This document shows, piece after piece, positions 12,019 to 25,795 of a stretch of DNA of 64,000 bases. Position 1 is the stretch's first letter. Each line of letters begins with the position of its first letter. The position numbers were made by a program, and so were the translations under genes. This DNA is from Octopus vulgaris (taxonomy: Eukaryota): positions 201,562,001 to 201,626,000 of the forward strand of contig OX597814.1 in assembly GCA_951406725.2 (NCBI GenBank), written 5' to 3'. Below the pieces are notes generated by a model that saw nothing but the letters and a program-made list of their open reading frames with translations, had not been told where the DNA came from and did not search any database.

Positions 12019-13573
12019 AATAATGATAGTAAATAGTAATAGTGTGTTTTGAATGTCACAGCAATGGACTATAATTACTGGTGTAGTCTAATCATCCATA
12101 GTCTGATATAATATTCAGTAGCTTACACAATACAGGGATGGAGAATATAGAAATAATTCCATATTTATATATTTCTATACTAACTTAACATATATTTATA
12201 GTTAATTATTAAATAGTAATTTTTGGTATTAATAAGTTAAATTAAAGGAATATGTTAAAAATTTATATATTTTTTATATGCTAATAATTTTAGAGCATAT
12301 TTCTTGTATTATAAAATAAATAGTGAAATATACCAGTATAGTTATATATAGGTTGAGTATGAAATTTATAGAAATATAAATAAAATGATATAGTGAGTAA
12401 ATAAGTAAGAAAATTGGTTTAAAATTAAAGGAAAGGAATTTAAATGAATATAATGAAAAATAAATATAAATTCCTGTAGAATGTTATAAACAAGGGGTAG
12501 AACAGATTTGTGTTCTAAAAACTTATTATAAAATATACCTAGCTTATTTATATTAATAGGTAATGTTAGTTGTGAGAAGAAATTTTTTTATAATTCTATA
12601 ATTTTTAGACTAAAATTTATATTTACTTATCATGAAAATTACCATAAATGACAAGTGTTTAATGCTGGGTAAAAGTGATGATCAAGTTATTGGGCAAAAA
12701 TTATATCATTAACAAAACTTTTATAAAATTATGAGTTTTATTATAGATTTAAGAAAATGCTATTATTCCTTATATGATAATTTATAATCATTAATTGGTA
12801 CTTACAAAATGTTACTTATTTATTTATAATTTATTTTTATAAAGCTTCCTAATACATACAGAGATCATGAGAGTAGAGTTGTTTTAGAGAAATAGAAACC
12901 AAGTAACTTAGATATTATTATCTATTTTTAATCAGGTTTTAAATATTAATTAAGGAGATTTAGAAGATCTTTTTAAGAAGAGATTCTCAGTAAATAAGGC
13001 ATTAATTGACTCACATGCCAAAATCCTTAAAATACAATGGAAGGGAGGTAACCAAAATGTAATTTAAAAAAATGAAAATAGAATTAAATATTTATATGGA
13101 AATCCTATATTTTATATTAAGAGTAAAATATGGTTATATGGGATATAATAATTTAGGCTTATATAAAGGTAATATTTATAATATCAAAAAGGATTAGGTG
13201 GAGTAGAATTCTCGTAGAAATAGATGTGAAAATTACCAAATCTTTGAAACTTATTGTGAAGTAATTATACAACTTTACTTAAGTTCATTAGATACATAGA
13301 ATTTATGTAATGATTTTAGAAATTTAAAAAATTTTATTCAACTTTATTCAATTTGCCTATGTTATTAAATTTCTTAATACCTATTGCTGATTAGATAATA
13401 AAATATAGCAGGGTATGCTATTCCCTTATTGATTTAAAAAAACAAATTTTATGCAGCTGAAGATTGCTCTACATTTTGAAATTGATGTAATATTTGCATC
13501 GTTCAATTAAATGGAGTCGCATGAAACGATCATACTGCATTACCTCTGGATATCCTTGTTGCTTATTTTGATC
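12016..13573 (+). mobile_element. About 1.55-kb very AT-rich element between (TA)n tracts, ending in a hammerhead motif
   Basis: Bounded by (TA)n on both sides; hammerhead at 13451-13540; no intact ORF. Confidence 0.55.
13451..13540 (+). ncRNA. Type-I hammerhead motif with long stem II
   Basis: ATGCAG-CTGAAGA-(long stem II)-GAAAC-GATC-ATA-CTGCAT. Perfect 6-bp stem I. ATA is probably GTA after CpG decay. Confidence 0.75.
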
Positions 13574-13587
13574 ATATATATATATAC

Positions 13588-13681
<94 letters not shown>

Positions 13682-13693
13682 CATACATACATA

Positions 13694-13735
<42 letters not shown>

Positions 13736-14326
13736 CATATACATATAAATTGAGCTAGGGAAGCAGATAAACACAGACTTCACACATACACACAAACACA
13801 CAAACACTCACAAACACACACATACACACACTCACATTTACATGCACAATCAGAGACTCCAAGTTCAGATTCATTTGAGCCCCATTGCTTCTTTTTGTAC
13901 ACCCAGCCTATCTTGCTCCCATCCATATGAATAACATCTGTGTGTACATGTCAGCAAAGCCTCGAAAATGCAAGATTAACCTAAACTTTGTAAAGCTTTC
14001 TGTCAGAGACAATAGGTTGTTCACCTGTTTTTCAGATACTCTTTGGATTATGACAAACCAGTCAGTTGATTATATTAATCTCATTTTTATTAAACATGGG
14101 TTTACTTAATGATATCTATGTTTGGCATCTTTCTCTATTTTAGTTTCTCAGCAATAGCTTTGACATATCTGATCATGTTATAGTTTATCAAACTGCATGT
14201 GATATTTTTAATAGTTAGTTTGTATTTTGATCCAGTTTTATCTATTCATATTTACATGGAGTCATCTACACATAATATTCTGTTTTGTTTTGTTATTTAC
14301 TAAACTTTATGTTTTCTATCTTTATA

Positions 14327-14496
14327 GGCATAGGAGTGGCTGTGTGGTAAGTAGCTTGCTTATGAACCAAATGGTTCTGGGTTCAGTCCCACTGCATGGC
14401 ACCTTGGGAAAGTGTCTACTACTATAGCCTCTGGCTGACCAAAGCCTTGTGAGTGGATTTGGTAGACAGAAACTGAAGGAAGCCGGTTGTATATAT

Positions 14497-14532
<36 letters not shown>

Positions 14533-14741
14533 ATATGTTGGTGTGTCTGTATTTGTTCCCCCGACATCACTTGGCAACTAATGCTGGTGTGTTTATGTCC
14601 CCGTAACTTAGCGGTTCGGCAAAAGAGACTGATAGAATAAGTACTAGGCTTACAAAGAATAAGTCCTGTAGTCGATTTGTTCGACTAAAGGCGGTGCTCC
14701 AGCATGGCTGCAGTCAAATGACTGAAACAAGTAAAAGAAAA
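14327..14741 (+). mobile_element. SINE-A
   Basis: Matches 10954-11345. Confidence 0.9.
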
Positions 14742-15219
14742 GTGTGTCATCATCATTGCATTACCACCACCATCACCACCACCACCACCACCACCACCAC
14801 CACCACCACCACCACCACCACTATCGTCATCACCACCATTATCCTCACTACCACCACCACAACCACCACAACCACCACCACCACCATGTGCGTTGTTGTA
14901 GTCCTCATTATCACCATCCTCCTCATCATTTCATCATCAACTTTGTCAATACTTCCATGGGTTGCACTAATCTATGCCAAGGCAGAATTTTCTATGGCCG
15001 GATGCTTTTGCTGTCACCAACATTCATCAGCTTCCAATCAAGATAATATTTCTCTTCTCCAGTGTAACAAACAGATTTCAAAATAACCACGCTATATATA
15101 CATTACACATACACACACACAACCACACACACAACCACACACACACAACCACACACACTCACATATGTATATGTATGTGAGTGTGTGTGTGTGTGTATGA
15201 TGGAAACTGAAAGAAGCCA

Positions 15220-16048
15220 TAACAATGAAGCTAAAGCATGCAGAGTAAAACCGCTTGGTACAGATTGACTTTGAACTCTGCTATACACGTGCACTAAGTT
15301 TTAACGTTCCACATCACTGCTGCTGTTTACAGCATAGCTTGGAAGGAAGGTGTGTAACGTGTGGCCATGACAGAAAAGGTTGAACAGAGAATCTGCATAA
15401 AATTTTGTCAAAAGGTTGATGGTACCTGCTCGGAGGCCAACACAAAGTTTTCAGTAAGTTTTCATCGTTCTCAGCACAATTGAAACCCAAGTGTCTTTTT
15501 GGTCAGCTGAAAGCAGTTTTGGCACAAACTTGGCAGACAGGCATCTCATACAAAAATCTTCAGTGATAACGGATGGAACTGAACCATAACTGATCTGCAC
15601 ATCCTCTGATAACTCACGGATGGTGATTAGATAATTTCTCCTCACAGCTGCACGAACACCTTCGATGTTTTTCTCAGTCATGCTGGTTGTGGGTCTCGCA
15701 GAACGTTCGTCAATATCGACATTTTTCGGCCATCTTGGAAATGTCTGAACCACTCGTAGTCTTGTGTGTGGCTCATGCACTCCTCTCTATACACGTTCTA
15801 CAAGTTTGTGTAGGCCTCTGAGTAGGTATTACCATGACAGCTTTCTCTGTCATGGTCAATGCAACACTCACACACTACATACCTTCCTTCCAAGCACTGC
15901 TGTAAACAGTGGAAGAGAGCTAGAACGTTAAAATTTAGTGCACATGCACAACAGTGGTCAAGGGTAATCTGTGCTAAGTGGCTTTACACTGTGAGCTTTA
16001 GCTACGTTACTAGGGCAACAGTCCGGATACTTATTGATCAGACCTTAT
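15220..16048. mobile_element. Mariner remnant made of two inverted 5' halves
   Basis: Plus strand gives MTEKVEQRICIKFCQK from 15367. Minus strand gives DERSARPTT..TIRELSEDVQISYGSV..SAKFVPKLL (HTH plus WVP-like motif). TIR-like AGGTCTGATCAATAAGTATCCGGAC ends near 16046. Confidence 0.85.
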
Positions 16049-17139
16049 ATTACTTTGGCTTTTCTGCAGCAATTTGGAAATCTTGATTTCATTTCTTCCT
16101 TTAAGTTTAGGAGGAAATGTAATTCTACAAATTTTAGTTAATGCATTTTGGATTTGAACAGGAACATTGACAACGATATAATGTGATCCATTATTAGTTG
16201 TGCTCCACAGTACAATACTAGTGACCTTAAATGTGATCTTTGCCTCGAGAAAATGTGTTATATATTTACTTCAAAATTAGAATTACGAACTTGTAGAATC
16301 AGAGTAACACTGAAATGTTTCCATAAATAAAGAAAAACATTTGAATATTTCAATAGTAAATAACACCTTCACTATATTTGCTTTTCCTGTAATCTAAGAA
16401 GCATCACTTTTCTAAAATCTTTTAGCATACATAACTAGCTAGATAATTAGATGTCATGATACAGAAATTCTGTTTACTTTTTCCTTCTTTCATTATCTAT
16501 TAACATCATCATAAAATTAAATACTAAACTGCCTTTTCTTACAATATTATATTTCTTCTGAATGTTCTTTTTTTGCATGCGTTCATGTATTATCGATATT
16601 ATTTCACTTCACTTCAAATTTAATCTGTATTGGGTTACCATGATAACATTGTGTCAGCATAAACTTTCAGATATATTTCTGTGACTGGTATTTCATACCA
16701 TTTTTCTATATCGAAATATACTGGTATAATTGGTCCTGTATGATATAATAATCAAATAAAGATGCGGTATTCACCTTTTGGTTCATGTTGTTATATTCTC
16801 CAGATTTCTTGAAATTCTTCGAAGAGATGGTTGGATATACTTACATTACACAAGGAATTACTTTGGATGTTAATTCTATTTGAATTTATTGTTATCTGAT
16901 TGTTTGATGCAGTTAACCAAGTTCGCTTGATAGTAAATACATCTAGATATCTGCCTGGATTTATTAATTTCTTTTGACTCTTATGGGCTGTCAAACACAC
17001 AAACACTACATGTATGAGGGAGAGTCAAAAATTATACACGCTCTCGTTTTTTTCAATGTATTTACAAAAAAGTAGTGGATAAACAAGTAAGTCATTTTTC
17101 TATATAGTAGGTAGTAAGTAAATTTTTCTATATTGTGGG

Positions 17140-17337
17140 TAGTAAAGAAATAGGTATTTCTTCTGCCGCTACGTTCTGAGTTCAAATTCCGCCAAGGTCG
17201 ACTTTGCCTTTCATCTTTTCGGGGTCGATAAATTAAGCACCAGTTATGCACTGGGGTCGATGTAATCGCCTTAATCCCTTTGTCTGTCCTTGTTTGTCCC
17301 CTCTGTGTGTAGCCCCTTGTGGGTAGTAAAGAAATAA
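17140..17337 (+). mobile_element. SINE-B (Nin-like central domain)
   Basis: GAGTTCAAATTC B box then GACTTTGCCTTTCATCYTTTCGGGGTCGATAAA. Other copies near 24203, 24441, 30669, 42971, 43955 and 55235(-). Confidence 0.8.
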
Positions 17338-17869
17338 GAAGGACAACAATAGGTGTTTTGCTGTAGAGAAGATATATAGTGACACCAGCTGGAAAAGAAA
17401 GTGTAGGGTGGTGAAGATGTGTCAAGGTGCAGGATTTGGAAATAAAATATTGGGGTATAAAGCTCCATTTGATAAATCTAATTTTCCACCAGTGGTTCTG
17501 CATACTGTAAGCAATTACAAATGTTTATAATCAATGTAAATGATCGGAAATATAAGCAGTAATAGAATTTCATTTGATGTTTATTCGGTAATGTTTGAAC
17601 TACATAATTTGTGAAGCAAATAATTTTTTGAAGAATTTATGTCTGTTGCAATCAATCTACTGTTTCAAAGTTAACAGAGCAGAGATGATGCTTTTTATCA
17701 AAGACTTCTCTCCTCGAAGAAATATTGAGATTTTAATTTAGGTCAATCGTAAAGGATAACGAATGGTTGGATTGGGGGCAACCATTTAAGTAAGGATAAT
17801 TAAATTTATTGTGATGCATGAGTGACAATCAGAACCATAAGCATCTTCTGTCAAATATGTTGGTAGCAG

Positions 17870-18015
17870 TTGCGGTGGTGGTGGTGGTTTTGGTGGGGGT
17901 GGTGGTGGTGGTGGTTGTGGTGGTGGAGGTGATGGTGGAGGAGGTGGTGGTGGTGGTGGTTGAGGTGGTGATGGTGGTGGTGGTGGTGGAGGTGGTGGTG
18001 GTGGTGGGGGGGGGG
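17870..18015. repeat. (GGT)n microsatellite
   Basis: Read directly. Confidence 0.95.
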
Positions 18016-18074
18016 ATAACCAATGCACCAAATACTCCAGTAACTATAGGATGTTATATAGCATTCTTCTAATA

Positions 18075-18930
18075 TTATATGAAGATAAGTTTGATTTGAT
18101 CCACTTTGGAAAAGTGGATACTATGGAACTACCATGTGCCATTCCACTCGAGTGACTCCTTAGTATCATCCAACAATATCAGAGACCTTGGAGTAATTGC
18201 TGATAACAATCTAAGCTGGATTCCCCCGTAAACAGCAAGGTTGACTTGGCCCGCAAGATGTGCTCCTGGATTCTGAGAATTTTCCGGTCTACAGATGCCT
18301 ACACCAGCCTCCTTCTGTCCTCTGCTTTTGCCCGACCTCACCTTGAATATTGTTACTCACTGTGGTTCCCCCCATACGAAGCAACTCATTATGAAAGTGG
18401 AAGCACCTCAGGGGTCAATAACAAGAATGATAGACGTCATGAGAGGCATTGATTATTGGGATTAATTAAAAATCTCTACTCTCTCCAACGCCACTGGGAG
18501 CACTACACCATTTGTGTGATGTGGAAAATATTCCATCAATATTGCACAAATGATGTTGGCATCAATTTTAAAATCTGTCCAAGACTTGGCCCCCGTGCTG
18601 TCTGCCCACTACAAAAATCGAACTCAGGACATATAGCATCATTACGTCACAACTACTTTACCTCAACCGGTCCAGCTCTCTTTAATACCATACCAAAATA
18701 CGTCAAAATGGAAACGGATTCCATAAAATTTTAAAGTTCACTGGACAAATTTCTTCAAAGAATCTCAGACCAACTTCCTACACCTGGATATGTCTCCAAC
18801 AATAATAACTCTTTGTTAGAGTGGGCCATGGTACCCCATATATGACTAAAAGACTTCACCAGGTGGTGCTATTAAGTTAGATATGGCCTGGGCCTATAAT
18901 GGCCGAAACCCATCAAAGATATCAAAATTA
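18075..18930 (+). mobile_element. CR1-clade LINE, 5'-truncated, with decayed ORF2 C-terminus and 3' UTR
   Basis: KFDLIHFG, IRDLGV, SWILRIF, RPHLEYC..LW.P and SLQR motifs, broken by frameshifts. Confidence 0.85.
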
Positions 18931-19292
18931 TATCTTTGAAAGATAATAATATCTGGCTATCACTGTTCTTTGCAATATTTCTGTGTATTACAACTCTGAG
19001 TATTACAAGCAGCAACTCTGAGTATTACAAGCTTTCACACCATTATTTGATCTTGAAAATGAAACAGCTGGAAGAAAGTTCCCAGGAAGAATCCTAAAAT
19101 CTTCCAGTGTCAGTCAGCTGGATCAACTCCAGTACCACAAAAAGCCCTCAAAGACATACTTGAAGAAATTACCAAAGTTGGAAAAGGCAAAAGCTATGGC
19201 ACTGTCTTTTATACCCTTAAAACTGAAAATGCAGCCAAAACACAGAGTGAAATTGTTAGACACACCTCTGACTAAAATTTTGTGTCCCAATA

Positions 19293-19733
19293 GGTGCAGG
19301 CATGGCTATGTCATAAAAAGCTTGCTTCTCAACTACCTAGTTCTGGGTTCAATCCCACTGTATAGCACCTTGGGCAAATCTCTTCTATGATAACCTTGGG
19401 CCGACCAGATCTTTGTGAGTGAATTTGGTAGAAAGAAACTGAAAGAAGCCCATAGTATATGTATATATATACATATATGTATGTGTATGTATGTATATAT
19501 TTATGTGTGTGCCTGTGTGTCTGTGTTTGTCACCCCACCATCACTTGACAACTGATGTTGGTGTGTTTATATCCCCATAAATTAATGGTTCATCAAAAGA
19601 GACGAATTGAATAAGTACTAGGCTTACAAAGAATAGGTCCTGGGTCCAATTTCTTCAACTAAATAACCCGTTAAAGCAGTGCTCTAGCATGGCCACAGTC
19701 AAATGAGTGAAACAAGTAAAAGAGTAAAAGAGA
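19293..19733 (+). mobile_element. SINE-A
   Basis: Matches the other copies. Confidence 0.85.
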
Positions 19734-21204
19734 GATTATATATCAAAGAAATGGAAAAATGTCATTGAATATGACGTGGTCTTACGGTTAGAAGTGACTT
19801 TTGTGTTACAGTAAAGGGGAATTGTCAAAGCAGGATTAACAAAAGGTAATCTATGGTGTAGAGATGTCAAACTGGACTTGTAACTGGACAAAGATCACTG
19901 AACTGTATTGAAACTGTGCCCAGCTGCAATATGATTCAGTGAAAAAAAGGATAGAGTGATATTGAAGAGATTGAGACAAGACATATGTGATTGATGTTAG
20001 AGGGTAGAAAACATGGTTGGTATATTTGTCAGAATAAAACATGTCTTATAACTGAATGTCTTGAAGAACTGAGAAAATGATGCGAAAACAAGTCAAGAAA
20101 AAATAAGAAACATCAACAACAACAACAATAAAAACAAACCCCGTTTTCCAGAACATCGCCTACCATGACTCTTGATATTGGAAGGGAAATGTTTTTAGGT
20201 CTAATATCACAAATAGATAAAAAAAAAAAGTATTTAATTTCTGAATAGTATGGGGGTTTTTTTTGTTCTACACTTACATTGTGGAATGAAGCAAAATAAT
20301 AATTATATGAAATGGGAAATAATGTAAAAATAATGTAAAATACAATAATGTAAACAAGTGCAGAGGAACAAATTTCTTCTGAACAACAGTGAAGCCCTTC
20401 CTTAAGAAAATAACAAGAATAATACAAAGACAAAGATCAATGAAGATTCAAGGTTCTTCATAGAGAAAATTACATAACTCTGGTGTTATGATCTATCAGA
20501 AGTTAGAATGATATATAAACTGCAGGCAAAGTATAAACTGCTCCTAAAATTAAAACTAAGACAGTGTATTGATTTTATAAGAGAATGCCCTTAAGATTTT
20601 AATGCTTTTCAACATCAAATGTATAAAGAAATACTTAATGATGCATTTAGCTGAACTCGAGCTTAATTTGAGAAGTGTTTAAGTGATTGAGCCAAAAATC
20701 TTTCATGTTTTATTTTCTTAAAATTATATCTTGTTTTAATTATTGTATACTTTGTTGTAATTATTATTATTTCTATGCAAATATGTGTGTTTACCTTCCC
20801 TTTTTGCATTTTTTTATAAATGTGTTTTTATTTTTTTTTTCATACTCCATGTTATTCTTTCTTTGTAACTCTTAAAGCGTTTATGTCTAATAAAGAAAAA
20901 AATAATTAGAAAAGATTGTTATTAGTAGTGATGTTATTGTTACTGCTGCTACTACTACTACTACTACTACTGCTGCTGCTGCTACTATTACTACTACTAC
21001 TATTACTACTACTACCACTACCACTACTATTACCACTACCACTACCACCACCACTACCACCACCACCACCGCCGCCACCACCACCACCACTGCCACCACT
21101 ACTAATACTACTATTTTTATTACTATTAATCTATTGAAGATTGACATGATTCTTCACAAAGATAAATATGCAAATCACATCACACTCTTCTTATTGCTTA
21201 TTGC

Positions 21205-21273
<69 letters not shown>

Positions 21274-21520
21274 TATGTTTGACTTTTGCTTTATATTTGT
21301 ACAAGTTGGCTCCAAGTCTCACCCAGAGACCTCAAGAGGCAACAGGCTGTTTGTTCGTATTGTTGTTATGCCTAGTGTGCCATATATTTGGTTTTGTATT
21401 TAGTGTTGTACAAGTGAATGCCTAAAAAAAAACCCGAAAGTTATGTTTGTTTTAAAACTTGAGGTTACATAGAAAGTATTTTGCATAGTTATTATTATCA
21501 TTATTATTATTATTATTATT

Positions 21521-22514
21521 CAGTAGTTTTATTTTTATTTTTATAGCGTGCTTTCACTTCACTACCGAGCACAGCTCTGTGTGCCTTGGGTTTGTGCTGT
21601 GATTTGTTGTGATGCTCTGATGGTTATTGTATGGAAAGTGTTCTGCGTAGGATGTGTGCAGTGCCCAGTAGTGCAATTTTCTGTATGTTATATGTGTTTG
21701 TAAGTCCTGGTGTTTTTGTTATGTATTTGTCTGAATATTTTTTTATCATGCCTAATGCACCTACTATGATAGGAATTGTTTCTGTTTTCAGATTCCACAT
21801 TCTAGTTACCTCTATTTCCAGGTCTTTGTATTTTGAGAGTTTCTCCATTTCTTTTAGAGACACGTTGTCATCTGCCGGTACTGATACATCAATTAGAAAG
21901 CATTTTTTTCTTCATGGTCTCTGACAACTATATCTGGTCTGTTGGCCTTAATTTCTCTATCTGTGTGTATCGGCATATCCCAGAGTATGGTTGCTTTCTC
22001 GTTTTCTGTGACCTTTTCTGGTGTGTGCCTATGCCATCTTTTTTCTGTTGTTATTCCATAATGTTGGCATAGCTTCCAATGTATGTAAGTTCCAACTCTG
22101 TCATGTCTGTGAATATATTCCTTCTTAGCCAGGACTGGGCAGCTAGAGATAATATGATTTATTGTTTCTTGTCCATCTCCACATATTCTGCAGTTACTTG
22201 TAATATTTCTTTTCATTACATGTTTTTGGTAATTTCTGGTGGGGAGGCTTTGGTCTTGTGCTGCAATTAAAAATCCCTCTGTTTCTGCTTTGAGTCCTGA
22301 GCTTCTCAACCATTGCTGGGATTTTTCTTTGTCTATTTCTTTTGCGTTTAGTTTAGTCCAGTATTTACCATGAAGGGGCTTTTCTTGCCATCGTTTTATC
22401 ATGGTTCTTTGCTGTTCTATTTTTAGTTTGGATTTCATTTTTTTTATAGCTTTTGTTGTTTCTTCATCTTCTTCTTCTTCTTCATGTTTATTAGGTGGTA
22501 TGATTTCTTGTTTG

Positions 22515-22518
<4 letters not shown>
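21521..22518 (-). mobile_element. R4/Dong-clade non-LTR retrotransposon 3' part (CCHC knuckle plus restriction-like endonuclease), one frameshift
   Basis: AAQDQ, CRICG..ETINHIISSC, RHD, RPDIV, D.SVP, EK..KY.DL and PIIVGALG motifs. Frameshift in the T-run near 21905. (TTA)n on both flanks. Confidence 0.93.
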
Positions 22519-22566
<48 letters not shown>

Positions 22567-22589
22567 CATTATTATTATTATTGTCATTG

Positions 22590-23060
22590 CCTTTGCACAG
22601 CGTCTAAAGCTAGAGATGTACTACAGTGTTAGCTGTTCACTACCAGTGAACTAAATAAGAGGTAACACTTCTTATTTTTCGAGCACCTTCCGGAGTATTC
22701 AAGTGGTTCCAAGCAGTGCTGTTTTCTGAAAGTGCTCCACCCTTATTGCAGCCCCTAATTGTTCCATGTACTTCTTGAGATTTTTGCTCACTGTTCCCAG
22801 GGCTCCGACAATTATTGGTACTACTACCACCTTTTTCATTGACCACAACTGCTTAACTTCCCAAGCTAACCTGCCATATCTCTCAACTTTTCTTTCTTCC
22901 TTATCCTATACCTCTATGATCCAGCATAGTTTGTTTTCTTTCTCAATTAAGACTATGTCTGGCTTCCTATTCTCAATCTCATGGTCACACTGAATCATAA
23001 AATCCCATAGGATCTTTGCATTTCTATTTTCGACAATGCCTTCAGGTTTGTGGTCATACC
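22590..23060 (-). mobile_element. Second R4/Dong family, 3' fragment
   Basis: Minus strand YDHKPEGIVENRNAKILWDFMIQCDHEIENRKPDIV and VPIIVGALGTV..QKTALLGT; has a different 3' UTR. Confidence 0.85.
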
Positions 23061-23078
23061 TGGAAAAAAAAAGTGTGA

Positions 23079-23132
<54 letters not shown>

Positions 23133-23133
<1 letters not shown>

Positions 23134-23776
23134 TCAGTTCATGCCATCAAAGTGACACTGGGGTAAAATATACGAAGCCCAATATACCCATCATGACTAC
23201 CCGTCTGATAAGGGTACACTAGGCACATGCATCACAACCATATGTGCGCGACATGGTGATCTCATATCAAGACAAACAGCACATGACCTTGCAGGTGGAG
23301 CCCAGTTAGAATTTTCTTCTGGTCGAGTAACCCATCCTGCTCAAAAGGTCCCTGAATAAAGATTGTTTAAGGATGTTGAAAGAACCACCCATGTTTCCGG
23401 AGGTAAATTATTCAAACCCCAAAGAATCCCTCTCAACACATGGCTATGATGCTCCCCAACTACTTCTGCTCATGATCAGAGATGCACATATCGTCAGCCA
23501 CTAAGGGACATGGTCAACTGGTTACGGTCAAACAACTGACAAGCAAATCTGTGGTATTGAGTAGAATATTTGCTGTAGCCCATCTTTTATACCAAGACAA
23601 AACAATGTACATGATAACACTTCCAATCAGTTAAGATCAGAAGCCATGAGAGCCACTGCCTGGTACTGCATCAGGGCATTTATACTGCATCAGGGCATTG
23701 GTACTGCATCAGGGCATTTATACTGCATCAGGGCATTTATACTGCATCAGGGCATTTATACTGCATCAGGGCATTG

Positions 23777-23777
<1 letters not shown>
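23133..23777. mobile_element. Non-coding element embedded in (TTA)n, ending in six 19-bp tandem units
   Basis: Complex sequence bounded by (TTA)n; (TA/GG)TACTGCATCAGGGCATT x6 at 23662-23775. Confidence 0.6.
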
Positions 23778-23829
<52 letters not shown>

Positions 23830-23854
23830 CATCATCATTATTATTATTTATCAT

Positions 23855-24115
23855 TTTCCTTTTTTCTTCCATTTCTCGCTGAGTGTTTCCTGTACACTTA
23901 GGGCAGAGAAGCTCATTGTATGCATTCCCTGATTACACACACAAATTCAGATAAAATATGTATTTAAAAATTAATAAATTCATGAATGGATGTTGTCTTC
24001 ACAGCGATAATGCTCTTCTCGGTAAATGAGATGTTCCAGTTAACATAATTGTTTGCACTTCCTGTAGGAATGGTAAAGCCTGGTATCATTTTCAAATAGG
24101 TTTCAGTACCTTTTA
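23855..24115 (-). mobile_element. Third R4/Dong family, short 3' end
   Basis: KGTETYLKMIPG peptide; 3' UTR shared with 28790-29232. Confidence 0.8.
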
Positions 24116-24989
24116 ATATTATTATTATTATTATTGTTGTTGTTATTAATATTTTTATCATTATTATTATTATTATTATTATTGTTATTATTATTATTAT
24201 TGAGGTGGTGAACTGGCTGAATTGTTAGCATGCTGGACGAAATGCTAAGCAGTATTTCGCCCATCACTATGTTCTGAGTTCAAATTTCGCCAAGGCCAAC
24301 TTTACCTTTGACGAATTAAGTACCAGGGAAACACTGGGTTCGATGTAATCAACTAGTCACATCAGCCAAATTTCAGGCCTTGTGCCTAAAGTAGAAAGGA
24401 TTATCATCCCCCATCATCATCATCATCATTATTATTATCTAAGGCAGTGAGCTGGCAGAATCGTTAGCCTTCTGGGCAAAATGCTTAGGAGCATTTTGTC
24501 CTTCTGTATGTTCTCAGTTCAAATTCCACTGAGGTCGACCTTGCCTTTCATCCTTTTGGGGTGGTTGATAAAATAAGAACTGATGTAATTGACTTCCACT
24601 TCCATAAATTTGAAAGCATTATTATTATTGTTATTATTATCATTATTATTATTATTATTATGATTATTATTATTATCATTATTATTATTATTTTTATTAT
24701 AAAATTATGAAGATTGACATAACAATTCATGAAGGCATGGTAAATGAACAAACTGTATCGCACTCTTCTTATTAATCATTATTATTATTATTATTATCAT
24801 TATTATTATTATCATTATTAATTATTATTATTAATTATTATTAATTATTATTATTGTTATTATTATTATTATAATTAATTATTATTGTTATCATTATTAT
24901 TAATCATTATTGTTGTTGTTATTATTATTATCATTATCAATTACTATTGTTATTATTATTATCATTAATTATTATTATTGTTGTCATTG

Positions 24990-25039
<50 letters not shown>

Positions 25040-25795
25040 TACTATTGTTATTATTATTATTATTATCATTATTATTAATTATTATTATTATTATCATTAA
25101 TTATTATTGTTGCTGTTGTTGTTGTTGTTATTATTATTATCATTATCATCACCATCATCATCATATTAAGCTCGATATTCTGCACCTGCAAAAATTAAAT
25201 AACAGAAACGTCGTGCCCCATAATTCATCTAAAAATCTTTTGTAGTTTTAATGGAGCATTAGCTTTGAACATGGAGGGAAGATCCGAGTGTGAAGGATCA
25301 ACAGTGAATGGAGACTGAAGCTAGAGGAGAAAGGATTACATCCGAATTATTTACAGACATCAAACCTTACAGAAATAGAATTACTTAATCATCTAAATTA
25401 GATAATTATTGGGGAATGGTTTGTAAGAGTCGTTAACATCAATTATAATGAAGGCTGTATGTTACTTGGCAAAGGAAATCACAGACTTTGAAATTGATAT
25501 ATATTCCTGGCACTGACAGGTATTCGTTAAAGCTTGGAGGTGTTTAAACTTTAGAAGTCATTGAATTTGAATTCCGTCAGAAAGAAACAAATTTCATCGT
25601 TGTAAACAGTAAACAGTTGTAATTTGAGTGCCAAAACAGTTCTGACGTTTAGTGATTAGCAATGTTTGTAGCAGTCAACAATACGCATGGTAGTCAACAA
25701 TTTATGAAGCCTTTGAATCTGTGTATAGTCATAAACAGTTCACGAGGCATTCCACACTGCTTGTTGTTGTTATTAACAGCCCAGAAGGCATTCAA

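Noticed and set aside
20055-20100. CTGAGAA..GAAAACAAGTC hammerhead-like string
   Set aside because: No stem II and a non-matching core.
21893-22438. Domesticated gene or programmed frameshift in the Dong ORF
   Set aside because: A 5'-truncated insertion; the shift lies in a homopolymer run, consistent with mutation or sequencing error.
23662-23775. CRISPR-like or hammerhead reading of the 19-bp tandem
   Set aside because: No spacers, eukaryotic context, and the minus strand reads CTGATGC with no GAAA partner.
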